Below, piece by piece: positions 63,136-64,000 of a DNA stretch of 64,000 nt. Position numbers and translations under genes: made by a program. Where the stretch lies: the NCBI GenBank assembly GCA_023213395.1, contig CM041465.1, positions 141,057,741-141,121,740 on the forward strand, read 5' to 3'. How positions within the stretch are numbered: position 1 is the stretch's first letter; the number at the start of each line of letters is the position of its first letter. The notes beneath the pieces were generated by a model. It worked only from the letters and a program-made list of their open reading frames with translations, searched no databases and was not told the DNA's origin. The stretch is from Cycas panzhihuaensis. Its lineage: Eukaryota > Plantae > Cycadophyta.

Positions 63136-64000
63136 TGAAGCTGCTTAGAGAAAGAGAGGTGGTTGCCCAAGTGGATCAAGGTAACCATAAAACTCTAAAC
63201 GATGCTTTTCTGGAAGGGCCCATTCTCAGATCAAGAACAGAAGGAAGAGACCTACTGAAAGGTGTAACCGTAGAAGTCTGGAAGCAAAGAAGCAAGAGAT
63301 GAAAATTATATCATGGAACATTAGGGGACTGAATGCCCCTTCGAAACTGAGGATTATCAGGGATATGAGGTATAAACACCACCTAGATTTAATGTTTTTA
63401 CAGGAAACAAAGCTAAGTGAGGAGAATGGTCCAAGGATCAGAAATAAAATTTAGAGGAAAGCGAAGGGCATAGAAGCTAACTATGCTCAAGGAGTTGGGG
63501 GTCTAATGGTGTTATGGGATTTGAATGTTTAGTACAGAGAAATTGGGAATCCTTTGTTTCTTTGTGGCTAACTAATAGAAGTAACAATCTAAGATACCTA
63601 GCCACTAATGTCTATGCCCTAAACCTTCAGGAGGCTAGGAAGAGGATATGGGACAGAATATTGGAAGTCCATAGGGATTGTGGAGCCCCTTGGCTTTTGG
63701 CGGGGGACTTCAATATGGCATTGTGCCTAGGAGATAAAAGAAGGGGTACAGAAGGATGGACCAGTAGTATGAGCAAGTTCAAAGGCTTCCTACAACAGGG
63801 GGGTTTTGAGGATGTCAAGCTTAGGGGTGCATTGTACACCTAGTCCAATAAGCGTGTGGGGGATCGTCTAATACAAATCAAACTAGATAGGGTGTTGGTC
63901 AATTATGACTGGCTAAGGTGTTTTAAGGACTTCACCCTGGAGTCTCTACTGAAGATGAGTTCCTACCACTGTCCTCTCCTGTTTCAATTTTTGGATCTGG

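Larger units (their letters stand above)
61092..64000 (+). mobile_element. Older L1 LINE, relative of 9208-15466 (5' region, ORF1 ~61923-63290, ORF2 from 63299), running off the window
   Basis: PIWIQLPGLPLHHW, CSLCRNLGHLPQKC, MKIISWNIRGLNAPSK, LAGDFN; interrupts the gypsy RT at ~61091. Confidence 0.93.

Overview
AT-rich, gene-free plant heterochromatin-like DNA, probably from a large gymnosperm-type genome (inferred from the element types). It consists almost entirely of nested retrotransposons that have decayed mainly by C>T/G>A transitions. No host gene, rRNA, tRNA gene or CRISPR array is supported. Resolved elements: (1) a full-length RNase H-encoding L1 LINE with TSD (9208-15466, -), an older relative (61092-64000, +) and a 5'-truncated relative with TSD (55744-56132); (2) two decayed Ty1/copia elements with pol domains (1872-8661, lacking its 5' part; 44158-55042, full-length); (3) three related non-autonomous copia derivatives sharing a long leader with a variable cargo slot and a short gag-derived ORF (21056-26265, 40112-43895, 45117-49558); (4) a 326-bp TRIM (45427-45752); (5) a TRIM/copia chimera with an internal inversion that integrated as one unit (56784-58924); (6) a Tat-type gypsy with aRH between protease and RT plus an extra 3' ORF, a chromoviral gypsy, a gag-only gypsy-like element, and an LTR family with a doubled PBS. 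The most interesting signals are a cryptic 257-codon sense ORF upstream of LINE ORF1, the cargo-carrying non-autonomous family (one copy holds a CpG-preserved promoter-like island), and the chimeric TRIM/copia element. All coordinates and alignments were done by eye.
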